Notes under the pieces: generated by a model
Told to the model about the DNA's origin: nothing
The model's input: the letters and a program-made list of their open reading frames with translations, nothing else
The model's database searches: none
Part shown: one piece after another, positions 51,519-60,547 of the stretch
Layout: each line of letters begins with the position of its first letter
Position numbering within the stretch: position 1 is the stretch's first letter
Position numbers and translations under genes: made by a program
Assembly (NCBI GenBank): GCA_050329935.1
Contig: JBHJOI010000027.1
Location: 15,270 to 79,269 of the forward strand
DNA: 64,000 bases
Origin: Thiotrichales bacterium
GTDB lineage: Bacteria; Pseudomonadota; Gammaproteobacteria; UWMA-0217
Direction of reading: 5' to 3'

Positions 51519-53786
51519 ATGCTAGGAGTCCTGCGCCGGATCGTACATGAAGTCAACAACGCCGATAACCTGAAATCGGCATTGCAGTTGATCGTAAGCG
51601 GAGTCAAGGAGTCAATGCAGGTAGACGTCTGCACGATCTACCTGTGCCTACCGGAACAGGCACAGCTCACGCTGATGGCGACCGACGGCCTGCGCAGGGA
51701 CGCCGAAGGGGTCGTCAAACTCGGTTTGCACGAGGGTCTGGTGGGGCTCGTCGCGGACCGCGCCGAGCCGATCAATCTCAGCAACGCTCCGGCCCATCCG
51801 AACTACAAATATTTTGCCGAGACCGGCGAGGAGCGGTTTCACGCCTTTCTCGGAGTACCGATTCTTCATCACCGCCGGATGCTGGGCGTGCTGGTCATTC
51901 AGCAGGCGGAGGAGCGTCGCTTCGAAGAGGATCACGTCGCGTTTCTGATGACGCTGGCGGCGCAACTCGCCAGCGCGATCAACAACGCCGAGATCACGGG
52001 TGAACTTGCGGCGCGCGAAAACGATCTGACCCGACACGATATCCCGGTCGATGGCATCTCCGGCGCGCCGGGTGTCGCGGTCGGGACCGCCGTGGTGGTG
52101 TTTCCCGATGCGAACCTCGATGCGGTGCCCGATCGCGCGCCCGAGAACCCCGCCGAGGAAATCACACTATTCGAACAGGCGGTGAGCGAAGTGCAGCAGG
52201 AGCTGCTTGAGATGCGCGAGCGGATGACGGGCGTGCTACCGGCCGAGGATCGGGTGTTGTTCGACGCCTATATGATGATGCTGAGCGGCGAGTCGCTCGT
52301 CGATGGCACCATCGCGCGAATTCGAGGTGGCAACTGGGCCCCCGGCGCGTTGCGTGCCACCATCAGGGAGTATGTGCGCGGCTTTGAGAGCATGGAGGAC
52401 GGCTATCTACGTGAGCGAGGCGCCGACATTCGCGACCTGGGGCAGCGCATTCTGGCTCGGCTGCTGCGCGCGCAGCCGCGCCGCACCGAGTTTCCGACCG
52501 ATACGGTGCTGGTCGGCAAGGATATATCCGCGACTCAACTCGCCGGGGTTCCAACCGAGCGCCTCGTTGGCCTGGTCAGTACTTCGGGTTCCGCGTCGTC
52601 GCACGTCGCGATCCTGGCCCGCGCGCTCGGCATTCCCACGGTCATGGGCGCCTCCGATCTGCCCGTGTCGCGAGTCGATCGAAAATCGATCATCGTCGAT
52701 GGCCATCAGGGGCGAATCTATCTGCAGCCCAGTCCGAACGTGCGCGCCGAGTTCGTGCGTCTGGCCCGTGAGGAAAAGGAGCTGGCGGCCGATCTACTGG
52801 ACGAGGCGTTGGCGCCGGCGATCACGCCGGACGGCTTCGAGATGCCGATCATGGTTAACAGTGGCTTGCTCGCGGAACTCATGCCCAGTCACCAGGCGAT
52901 GGCCGACGGCGTTGGCCTGTATCGCACCGAGGTGCCGTTCATGGTGCGCGATCGCTTTCCCGGGGAAGAAGAGCAGGCCCAGATTTATGCCCGGGTGATG
53001 CAGGCATTTCCCAATTGCCCGGTCGTATTGCGCACGCTTGATGTCGGTGGCGACAAGGATCTGAGTTACTTTCCCATTGAAGAGGACAATCCGTTCCTGG
53101 GCTACCGCGGGATTCGAATCTCGCTGGACCACCCGGAAATCTTCATGACGCAGCTGCGCGCGATGCTGATCGCCAGTCGAGCAACGCGCAATCTGCACGT
53201 TTTGTTTCCGATGATCAGTTCGCTGCACGAACTTGACGAGGCTCTGGAGTTGCTGGAGCGTGCGCGCGAAGAGCTTGAGGACGAGGGGATCGTGGTGCCC
53301 TTTCCCCGGACCGGCGTGATGATCGAGGTGCCCTCTGCCGTTTACCTCGCGGAACAAATGGCGCGCCGCGTGGATTTCCTGAGCGTCGGTACCAATGACT
53401 TGATTCAATACCTGCTCGCGGTCGACCGTAACAACGCGCGCGTGGCCGATCTGTATGACGATACCCATCCCGCGGTGCTCCTGGCCTTGAAGGCGATTGT
53501 AGAAGCGGGTCATCGTGCTGGCCGCAAGGTGTCCATTTGCGGCGAGATGGCGAGCGAACCCTCGTCGGTGCTGTTACTGCTGGGGGTCGGGGTCGACAGT
53601 CTGTCCGTCAGCGTGGCCAGTCTGCCACGCATCAAATGGGTGATCCGCACCTTTTCCCGCGAGCGCGCGCGTGAATTTTTCGAGCGCGCGCTCGAAAACG
53701 AGGATCCCGGCGCCGTCCGCGCGATGCTTAATCACGCGCTTGAGGACGCTGGGTTGGGCGTTCTGGTGAGGGGTCCGAAGCGCTAG
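51519..53786 (+). CDS. ptsP: Phosphoenolpyruvate--protein phosphotransferase PtsP (EI-Ntr) with N-terminal GAF domain
   Basis: 755 aa. GAF domain, then EI domains with phospho-His region GSASSHVAILARALGIP and PEP-utilising motifs. The rppH-ptsP pair is conserved. Confidence 0.95.
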   Translation: MLGVLRRIVHEVNNADNLKSALQLIVSGVKESMQVDVCTIYLCLPEQAQLTLMATDGLRRDAEGVVKLGLHEGLVGLVADRAEPINLSNAPAHPNYKYFAETGEERFHAFLGVPILHHRRMLGVLVIQQAEERRFEEDHVAFLMTLAAQLASAINNAEITGELAARENDLTRHDIPVDGISGAPGVAVGTAVVVFPDANLDAVPDRAPENPAEEITLFEQAVSEVQQELLEMRERMTGVLPAEDRVLFDAYMMMLSGESLVDGTIARIRGGNWAPGALRATIREYVRGFESMEDGYLRERGADIRDLGQRILARLLRAQPRRTEFPTDTVLVGKDISATQLAGVPTERLVGLVSTSGSASSHVAILARALGIPTVMGASDLPVSRVDRKSIIVDGHQGRIYLQPSPNVRAEFVRLAREEKELAADLLDEALAPAITPDGFEMPIMVNSGLLAELMPSHQAMADGVGLYRTEVPFMVRDRFPGEEEQAQIYARVMQAFPNCPVVLRTLDVGGDKDLSYFPIEEDNPFLGYRGIRISLDHPEIFMTQLRAMLIASRATRNLHVLFPMISSLHELDEALELLERAREELEDEGIVVPFPRTGVMIEVPSAVYLAEQMARRVDFLSVGTNDLIQYLLAVDRNNARVADLYDDTHPAVLLALKAIVEAGHRAGRKVSICGEMASEPSSVLLLLGVGVDSLSVSVASLPRIKWVIRTFSRERAREFFERALENEDPGAVRAMLNHALEDAGLGVLVRGPKR

Positions 53787-53928
53787 CGCCATTCGGAGGC
53801 GGCGCGAATTTCCCACTGTTTTGCTCAGAATAACAGTTTCGGGTTGCGGAAATTTGGTGGGCTGGTCGCATCGTGTACAATCGCCGACCTATTTCACAAT
53901 GCGGTCAGTAGCCGGAGGACGAACCAAA

Positions 53929-55023
53929 ATGGCGGAAATCACGCGTCAGCAGATCGAATTGGCGCTCAAGCAGGTGCAGGATCCCTACGTCGGCAAGGAT
54001 CTGGTTTCGGCCAAGGAAATCAAGGATATCCAGGTCACGGGTACGGCCGTCAAGATCGTCGCCCAGCTGGGGTACCCGGCCAAGGGCTTCGTCGACGAGT
54101 TCGCCGCCGCGGTTCGGCAACAGGTCAAGGCGGACGTGCCCGAGGTCAGCTCGGTCGAGGTGGCCGTTGACTGGCAGATCACGAGCCACGCGGTACAGAA
54201 AAACCTGAAGCCGATGGCGAACATCAAGAACATCGTCGCGGTGGCGTCCGGCAAGGGCGGCGTTGGCAAATCGACCGTCGCAGTCAATCTGGCACTGGCG
54301 TTGTCGGCCGATGGGGCGCGGGTCGGTATCCTTGACGCCGACATCTATGGTCCGAGTCAGCCACGCATGATGGGCATCGACGCCAAGCCGGTCTCGCAGG
54401 ATGGTAAGAGCCTCGAACCGATGGAAAACTACGGCGTGCAGGCGATGTCGATCGGATTTCTGATCGATGCCGACACGCCGATGATCTGGCGCGGCCCGAT
54501 GGTGACCCAGGCGCTCGAACAACTACTGGGCGATACCCAGTGGCGTGACCTGGATTACCTCATCGTCGATATGCCGCCAGGCACTGGCGACGTGCAACTG
54601 ACACTGGCGCAGCGGATTCCGGTCAGCGGCGCGGTGATCGTGACCACCCCGCAGGATATCGCGCTGCTCGACGCCCGCAAGGGACTCAAGATGTTTGAGA
54701 AGGTCGAGGTCAAGGTGCTGGGCATCGTCGAAAACATGAGCACCCATATTTGTTCCAAGTGCGGCCACGAGGAGCATATTTTCGGCTCTGGCGGCGGCGA
54801 GCGGATGGCCAAGGACTATAACGTCGAGCTGCTTGGCGCGCTGCCGCTCGATATCCAGATCCGCGAGCAGGCCGACGGGGGTAAACCAACCGTGGTCGCT
54901 GATCCGGAAGGCCGGATTACCCGGATGTACCTCGACATCGCGCGCAAGATGGCGGCGAGACTAGGATCGGCGGCGAAGGATTATTCCGCCAGGTTCCCGA
55001 AGATCGTGATTCAGAATACCTGA
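53929..55023 (+). CDS. apbC: Iron-sulfur cluster carrier ATPase ApbC/Mrp
   Basis: 364 aa from the ATG preceded by GGAGGA. MIP18/DUF59-like N-terminal domain, Walker A AVASGKGGVGKST and the CSKC Fe-S-binding motif. The ORF-track start 53821 adds 36 residues with no homology. Confidence 0.92.
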   Translation: MAEITRQQIELALKQVQDPYVGKDLVSAKEIKDIQVTGTAVKIVAQLGYPAKGFVDEFAAAVRQQVKADVPEVSSVEVAVDWQITSHAVQKNLKPMANIKNIVAVASGKGGVGKSTVAVNLALALSADGARVGILDADIYGPSQPRMMGIDAKPVSQDGKSLEPMENYGVQAMSIGFLIDADTPMIWRGPMVTQALEQLLGDTQWRDLDYLIVDMPPGTGDVQLTLAQRIPVSGAVIVTTPQDIALLDARKGLKMFEKVEVKVLGIVENMSTHICSKCGHEEHIFGSGGGERMAKDYNVELLGALPLDIQIREQADGGKPTVVADPEGRITRMYLDIARKMAARLGSAAKDYSARFPKIVIQNT

Positions 55024-55046
55024 GCACGGTCGATCGAACCGCCTCT

Positions 55047-55076
55047 GAAAATGCCGTCCTCGTGACGGCATTTTTC
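55047..55076 (+). terminator. Rho-independent terminator (12-bp stem GAAAATGCCGTC / GACGGCATTTTC, 5-nt loop, T-run) after apbC
   Basis: Perfect inverted repeat 24 nt after the apbC stop, ending in TTTTT. Confidence 0.8.
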
Positions 55077-55558
55077 ATCGCGGAGTGAGTACAACGATCG
55101 CGATCGCGGCGCGTACACGCTCTGGGCTCGAATCGCGGGCGACGCGGGTACGCGCCAGACTTGCGTACTAGCGGTCGCGGGCGGATCGCGCCGGGTCACC
55201 GAACCCATCGCCCAGCGTAAGGCGAGCGCGCGCGACCTCAGGCAAATTCGGTCGACGCGGATGATCGTCGATGGCTCGATTACGAAATCCGATGTCGCAA
55301 AGTCGAGCGATCTGATTAAATAGTCACAAAAGTTTCATCATCTGGCGAGTCCGTTCGGGACGCGCCGGAAGGTGAATGACAAGGCGTAACATGCGGCGCG
55401 TGTTACGCGACGATTTTTCCTAACCTGACGTTGGATCTGGAGGCTGGATCGGTGCATCGCATTGGTTCGCGTATATCATCCATGGATATGTTTGTTTCGG
55501 CGGAAACTTGTGCGCTCCAAGTAGCGCGCGCGCTTATCGCCAATTCCGACCACGCACA

Positions 55559-58183
55559 GTGAGTCACGCCAAACTGATCGTTGCCGCGGTTGTCGCGGTG
55601 CTGACGTTCATGTTGTGGGCGCTGCTCAATCGGCCTGCCGACGAGGCGCCGTGGCCGACTCAAATCAAGGGGTTCTCGTTTTCGCCGATGCATCTGGAGC
55701 ATCATCCCGGCGAAGGGCGCTTCCCGACGGTCGAGCAAATCGATGCCGATCTGGCGTTGCTGGCCGGCAAGGTGAAGGCCGTGCGAACCTACACGGTCGA
55801 AGATACGTTGGCCGACGTGCCGCGGCTGGCCAAGGCGCACGATATCGACGTCGCACTCGGCGCCTGGATCGATGGCCGTTTGGAACGCAACGAGGCCGAG
55901 ATAGAGCGTGTTATCGAGTTGTCGCGTGGCGACTGGCGGACCGTGCGCCGGATTTTCGTCGGCAACGAGGTGTTGCTACACGATCTGGTGCCGTTGCCGC
56001 AACTGATTGAATACCTCGACCGGGTGCGCGCGGTCGTCCCGGCGGTCGTGAGCGTCGCGGAACCCTGGCATATCTGGCTCAAACATCCCGAGCTGGTTGA
56101 TCACGTCGATTTCATCGCCGTGCATTTGCTCCCGTACTGGGAAGGTTTGCCGATTGACCAGGCGGTGGACTACGTCGCCATGCGCTATGCCGAGTTGGAA
56201 AAGGCGTTTCCCGGCAAGCCCATCGTGATCGCCGAAGTGGGTTGGCCAAGCAATGGCCGGTTGTTCCGCGCGGCGGAGGCCTCGGTCGCGAATCAGGCGT
56301 TGTTCTTGCGCCGTTTTCTCCACCTCGCGCAGCAGCAGAAGTGGGAGTACTTCGTCATGGAGGCGTTTGATCAACCGTGGAAGGAGAGTGTCGAGGGTGC
56401 CGTCGGGGCCTATTGGGGGGCGTACGACGTCAAGCGGGAGCCGAAGTTCCCGTTCATCAGTCCGATCGTGAGTGTGCCGCATTGGCGCGAATTGGCCGCG
56501 GTGTCGGTGTTGGTGGCAATTTTATTGCTGATTCCGCTGTTTCGCGACAGCCCGGAACTGAATTCGCGTGGGCTCGGTTTTCTCGCGTTGGTCACGTATG
56601 GCGCGACAACGGTCGCTGTCTGGATGGTCTACGACTATCTTCAGCAATACCTGACCTGGGGCACGATCCTGCTCGGCTTGATCATGCTGCTGGCGGTTTT
56701 TGGTCTGATCCTGGTGCTGTTGGCCGAGGCGCATGAATGGGCGGAGGCGCTCTGGTTGCGGCGCTCACGCCGGCCGTTTCGGCGTGATCCTCTGCCGGAC
56801 GGGGTGTTGCCGTTGGTTTCGATCCATGTACCAGCCTACAACGAGCCGCCGGAGATGCTGGGCGAGACACTCGAGGCCTTGTCGCGGCTCGATTATCCGC
56901 GGTTCGAGGTGCTGGTTATTGATAACAACACCCGCGACCCGGCGGTATGGGAGCCGGTCGAAGCCCTTTGCGAGCGGCTCGGCGAGCGCTTCCGGTTTTT
57001 TCATGTCGATCCGCTCGCCGGGTTCAAGGCGGGCGCGCTCAACTTCGCCCTGCGACACACCGCGGCGGATGCCGAGATCGTTGCTGTGATCGATAGTGAC
57101 TATATCGTCGAGCCTACCTGGTTACGGGATCTGGTGCCGGCTTTCGGCGATCCGAAACTCGCGATCGTTCAATCACCGCAGGACTACCGCGACGGCGAGG
57201 AGAACGCGTTCAAGGCCATGTGCATGGCGGAGTACCGCGGCTTTTTTCAGATCGGGATGATCACGCGCAACGAGCGTAATGCGATCATTCAGCATGGCAC
57301 CATGACGTTGGTCCGCCGCAAGGTGTTGGACGAGGTCGGCGGATGGGGCGAATGGTGCATTACCGAGGACGCCGAGCTGGGTCTGCGCGTGTTCGAGCAT
57401 GGCTATGAGGCCGCTTATCTGCCGCGCAGTTATGGGCGCGGTCTGATCCCGGATACCTTCATCGACTTCAAGAAGCAGCGGTTCCGCTGGGCGTACGGTG
57501 CGGTGCTGATTCTGCGCAAGCACTTGGGGGCGTTGTTTGGCACCCGTCCGACCCAGCTCACGCCCGGCCAGCGCTACCATTTCATAGCGGGTTGGCTGCC
57601 GTGGTTTGCCGACGGCATCAACCTGTTCTTCAATATCGCCGCATTGGCGTGGACCGTCGCCATGGTTGTCGCGCCGGATTACATTGATCCGCCGCTGATG
57701 ATCTTCGCGTTCTTTCCGCTGGCGCTATTTGTATTCAAGCTGTTGAAAATGTCGCTGCTCTATCGCCAGCGAGTCGGTGCGAGCTGGCGCCAGAGCGCCG
57801 GCGCCGCAGTCGCTGGTCTCGCGTTGTCGCATACGATCGCGCGCGCGATGATCACCGGCTTCATTACCCGCGGCGTCGGCTTTTTCCGTACCCCGAAAAT
57901 GGCCAGTACGTCGGCACTCGGCCGGGCTTTCGCCGACGCCCGCGAAGAGGTGTTGATGATGATCGCGCTGTGGCTGGGGGCTTGGGGGGCGTTGCATGTT
58001 CAGGGGCGCGACATGCTCGATGTCAAGGTCTGGGCCTTGATGCTGTTTGTGCAATCGTTGCCTTATCTGGCTGCGGTCATCATGGCATTGGTCAGCGCCT
58101 TGCCGCGCTTGCCTGCGCGGTGGGTGGGCGCGTTTGCTCACCTTGACGATCGCTCGCGTCTCGGCGGGTCGGGGCCGAGCTGA
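55559..58183 (+). CDS. Fusion of a glycoside-hydrolase family 17 domain (N-terminal, periplasmic) with a processive family-2 glycosyltransferase (C-terminal, multi-TM), NdvB-like
   Basis: N-terminal signal-anchor helix, then a GH17-like TIM-barrel region (..RIFVGNEVLL..IAEVGWPS..). Then a multi-TM GT2 with DxD (VIDSDY), a QxxRW motif (QRFRWAYG) and ...VIDNNTRDP... This is the architecture of Pseudomonas/Bradyrhizobium NdvB. Start is uncertain: GTG 55559, or the ORF-track TTG at 55508. Confidence 0.75.
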   Translation: MSHAKLIVAAVVAVLTFMLWALLNRPADEAPWPTQIKGFSFSPMHLEHHPGEGRFPTVEQIDADLALLAGKVKAVRTYTVEDTLADVPRLAKAHDIDVALGAWIDGRLERNEAEIERVIELSRGDWRTVRRIFVGNEVLLHDLVPLPQLIEYLDRVRAVVPAVVSVAEPWHIWLKHPELVDHVDFIAVHLLPYWEGLPIDQAVDYVAMRYAELEKAFPGKPIVIAEVGWPSNGRLFRAAEASVANQALFLRRFLHLAQQQKWEYFVMEAFDQPWKESVEGAVGAYWGAYDVKREPKFPFISPIVSVPHWRELAAVSVLVAILLLIPLFRDSPELNSRGLGFLALVTYGATTVAVWMVYDYLQQYLTWGTILLGLIMLLAVFGLILVLLAEAHEWAEALWLRRSRRPFRRDPLPDGVLPLVSIHVPAYNEPPEMLGETLEALSRLDYPRFEVLVIDNNTRDPAVWEPVEALCERLGERFRFFHVDPLAGFKAGALNFALRHTAADAEIVAVIDSDYIVEPTWLRDLVPAFGDPKLAIVQSPQDYRDGEENAFKAMCMAEYRGFFQIGMITRNERNAIIQHGTMTLVRRKVLDEVGGWGEWCITEDAELGLRVFEHGYEAAYLPRSYGRGLIPDTFIDFKKQRFRWAYGAVLILRKHLGALFGTRPTQLTPGQRYHFIAGWLPWFADGINLFFNIAALAWTVAMVVAPDYIDPPLMIFAFFPLALFVFKLLKMSLLYRQRVGASWRQSAGAAVAGLALSHTIARAMITGFITRGVGFFRTPKMASTSALGRAFADAREEVLMMIALWLGAWGALHVQGRDMLDVKVWALMLFVQSLPYLAAVIMALVSALPRLPARWVGAFAHLDDRSRLGGSGPS

Positions 58184-58253
58184 GCGTGGTCATAAGCGAA
58201 AATCCGTTACGGATGGGCGTCGGTCCGCGGGCGGTTGTTGTCCGTTCGATGGG

Positions 58254-59942
58254 TCAATCGGCGGAACGGGTCGCGCGCGCCATCAATTGCAGGTAGTCGC
58301 GTAACAACACGTCGGGCGTTCGTTGCGCGCAGTTTGGTTCGTCGCAGAATCCGCGGTCGGTCAGCAACCAGTACAGCAGCGTCGGAATCTCGTATTGTGG
58401 AAGGATATCGAGATTGACTGCGTGTCCGCGGTCGTACACGGCGAGCAGGGTCAACTGCGTGCCGTCCGATTCACCGTTCAGGTAGCCGAGCCGCTCGTAG
58501 GCCGCGCGGCGGTCCTTGAGCGGCGGCAGATGGTCTGAGACCACCAGCACGATGCCCTCAGGATCGAGCGCCTGTAGTTCCTTGATGAACCAGGCCAGCG
58601 CTTCGCTGCGGTAATAGGTCTGGTTGGCGATCGTCAGCAATTCGCTGTCGACCGGTTCCTTGTTCAGGGCGTGAATGATCCGTGGGCGCTTATCCTCGTT
58701 CAGCCAGAATGGATAGTGGCCAAAGATGGTCAACAGGTAGTTCAGAATGGGCCGATTCGAGTCGTCGTTGAGGCGCTCGCGGATAAACGCCAGATTTTGT
58801 TCGAACAAGGTGCGATCGAACATGTATTTTTCACCGCTCACGTCGCCGATTGAAAAATAGCTCCGCAACTTGGGTACGTACTCGTACGGAAAGTGGATCT
58901 CTTCGAATCCAAGACCGCGGTACGCGGTCATCGCGTTGAAAAAATTAGGTTTATAGCCATTGGTGGCGATCGTGACATAGCCGAGCGCGCGCAGGGTGTC
59001 GGGCACGCAGTGAATGCCGCGGCCACTGAATACATTGAATTCGATCGTGCCCAGCCGCTGCATCGCCGGCACGCCACACAGGATCTCGAACTCGGCTTGG
59101 GCGGTGTAGCCGCCGAAAACCGGCGAGCGCGACAAATAACCCGTGCCATTCGGAAGCAGTTCGCGCAGCGCGGGGTGGATCGGGTCGCGATTCAATCGCA
59201 GGTGCTCCAGGCGCGTTGGATCGACGAAGCCCTCGTAGACGATCATGTGGACATTGCGGGGCTTGCCGTGCGCCTGCAAGGCGGCGAGGATCCGCTGCCG
59301 ACGTGTGTCGTAGTCGGTTTGTTCGAGATGCGTGGCGATCTCGCGCGACACCGCGTTGCGTCGGGCCTCCTGGTAAAGCACCGTGGTGAATCGACCGTTC
59401 CAGCGCACATGCTCTTCGTCGGACCACTCGATGATCCCATTGGCGACCGCGGTGAATCCGCGCAGAAACCATTCCGGCGTCCACACGGCGCTAGCGATCA
59501 GTACCACCAGCGGAAGTGCGCCGAGCGTGAGTCGCCGCAACGGCGCTTTGCGTAGCGCGAGTAATGTGAATGTCACGCTCACCGCGATCGCGGCAATGAT
59601 CGCGATCGAAGCGCCGCGTGGCAGCACGTCCAGTAGCTCGGGTAGTTCGTTGATCTCCGAGAGCCGAAACACGCGGCCAAACATCAGGTAATAGCCGTCG
59701 AGCAGGACGTAGCTGATCAGGATCGGCAAGGCGGCGAGGGTGGATACGGCCGGATGTCCCCGCAGGAGTTGTCGAAACAACCAATAGAGGTAGAGCACCA
59801 GCGGCAATTCGATGATCTTGTGCCACCACAAACCGGAAAGGCCATCGATCGATTCAAGCCACGCGGTGAGGGCAAACAAGGTGGCCGCGAACAACGCGTA
59901 GGGCAAGAGCGTGCGCACGGGTTGAACTGGATTCATGGGCAT
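58254..59942 (-). CDS. Alkaline-phosphatase-superfamily (sulfatase/LtaS/OpgB-like) integral membrane transferase
   Basis: Five N-terminal TM helices followed by a large extracytoplasmic sulfatase-fold domain (..NVHMIVYEGFVDP...VTIATNGYKPNFFNAMTAYRGLG..IVLVVSDHLPP..). Start moved to the ATG at M32 of the ORF-track ORF; an alternative ATG lies 6 nt downstream. Catalytic residues could not be verified by eye. Confidence 0.55.
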   Translation of the reverse strand: MPMNPVQPVRTLLPYALFAATLFALTAWLESIDGLSGLWWHKIIELPLVLYLYWLFRQLLRGHPAVSTLAALPILISYVLLDGYYLMFGRVFRLSEINELPELLDVLPRGASIAIIAAIAVSVTFTLLALRKAPLRRLTLGALPLVVLIASAVWTPEWFLRGFTAVANGIIEWSDEEHVRWNGRFTTVLYQEARRNAVSREIATHLEQTDYDTRRQRILAALQAHGKPRNVHMIVYEGFVDPTRLEHLRLNRDPIHPALRELLPNGTGYLSRSPVFGGYTAQAEFEILCGVPAMQRLGTIEFNVFSGRGIHCVPDTLRALGYVTIATNGYKPNFFNAMTAYRGLGFEEIHFPYEYVPKLRSYFSIGDVSGEKYMFDRTLFEQNLAFIRERLNDDSNRPILNYLLTIFGHYPFWLNEDKRPRIIHALNKEPVDSELLTIANQTYYRSEALAWFIKELQALDPEGIVLVVSDHLPPLKDRRAAYERLGYLNGESDGTQLTLLAVYDRGHAVNLDILPQYEIPTLLYWLLTDRGFCDEPNCAQRTPDVLLRDYLQLMARATRSAD

Positions 59943-60282
59943 ATAAGCGCGCGTAGTCGTCGGGCCGCGTTTAGGAAATTTTACGTCATATGCGCACGCT
60001 TGTTTGCGCGCGCAATGTTCGAGTCGGGTTGACACTTGAGTTCAAGAAGCACCGTCAATGACGGTTTGCCGGTCGCGCGGCATTGTGCGCAGATGCGCGC
60101 GGCGTTCGCAATGTGCGGTTGAAAAGCACCCTACCTCTGGGCGTGGCGCGCGGTGCCGAACGCCAGTCTGTGAATGCGGGCGGGTTATTGGGTCAGGTCG
60201 TCGTGACCGACCGGGGACGGCGTTGACGCTTTGCCCTGAGGTCCATTCAGGCAAGGGTTCGCGGCGCAGATGGGGGGCGACG

Positions 60283-60459
60283 TTACTTGTCGTCGTCGTC
60301 GCCGGCGACGACATCCACAACCGCGCCACCCACCTTGAACGGTACCTTGGCGACCTCGATGGCGGTGTCCACGGTCGCGCCGATTATCGTGCCGACGCAG
60401 CCCGCGGAGGTGGACGCGACCAGTAATATCAGGGAGATGGCGATCAGTTTGCGCGACAT
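60283..60459 (-). CDS. Small putative lipoprotein (about 58 aa) with a Gly/Val/Ala-rich body and a poly-Asp C-terminal tail
   Basis: MSRKLIAISLILLVASTSAGC (signal plus lipobox-like SAGC), then VGTIIGATVDTAIEVAKVPFKVGGAVVDVVAGDDDDK. Start moved to M21 of the ORF-track ORF. No family assignment possible. Confidence 0.45.
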   Translation of the reverse strand: MSRKLIAISLILLVASTSAGCVGTIIGATVDTAIEVAKVPFKVGGAVVDVVAGDDDDK

Positions 60460-60547
60460 TGAGTTAATACTCCTGAAATCCGATGTCGCTATGCTAACAA
60501 AAAGCAGTGCTCGCACCACCTAAAAGCGCGCAAATACCCGACGAGAT

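Noticed and set aside
53574-53816. 80-aa antisense ORF overlapping the ptsP 3' end and the ptsP-apbC spacer
   Set aside because: Antisense to the well-conserved PtsP C-terminus; no independent support.
58184-58253. Small hairpin ATCCG-TTA-CGGAT in the 70-bp convergent gap between the GH17-GT2 gene and the AP-superfamily gene, considered as a bidirectional terminator
   Set aside because: Only a 5-bp stem and no U-tract on either strand; too weak to call.
60283-60300. C-terminal DDDDK in the small lipoprotein equals the enterokinase recognition site
   Set aside because: Coincidental resemblance to a vertebrate protease site with no plausible relevance in a bacterial envelope protein; noted only as an acidic tail.
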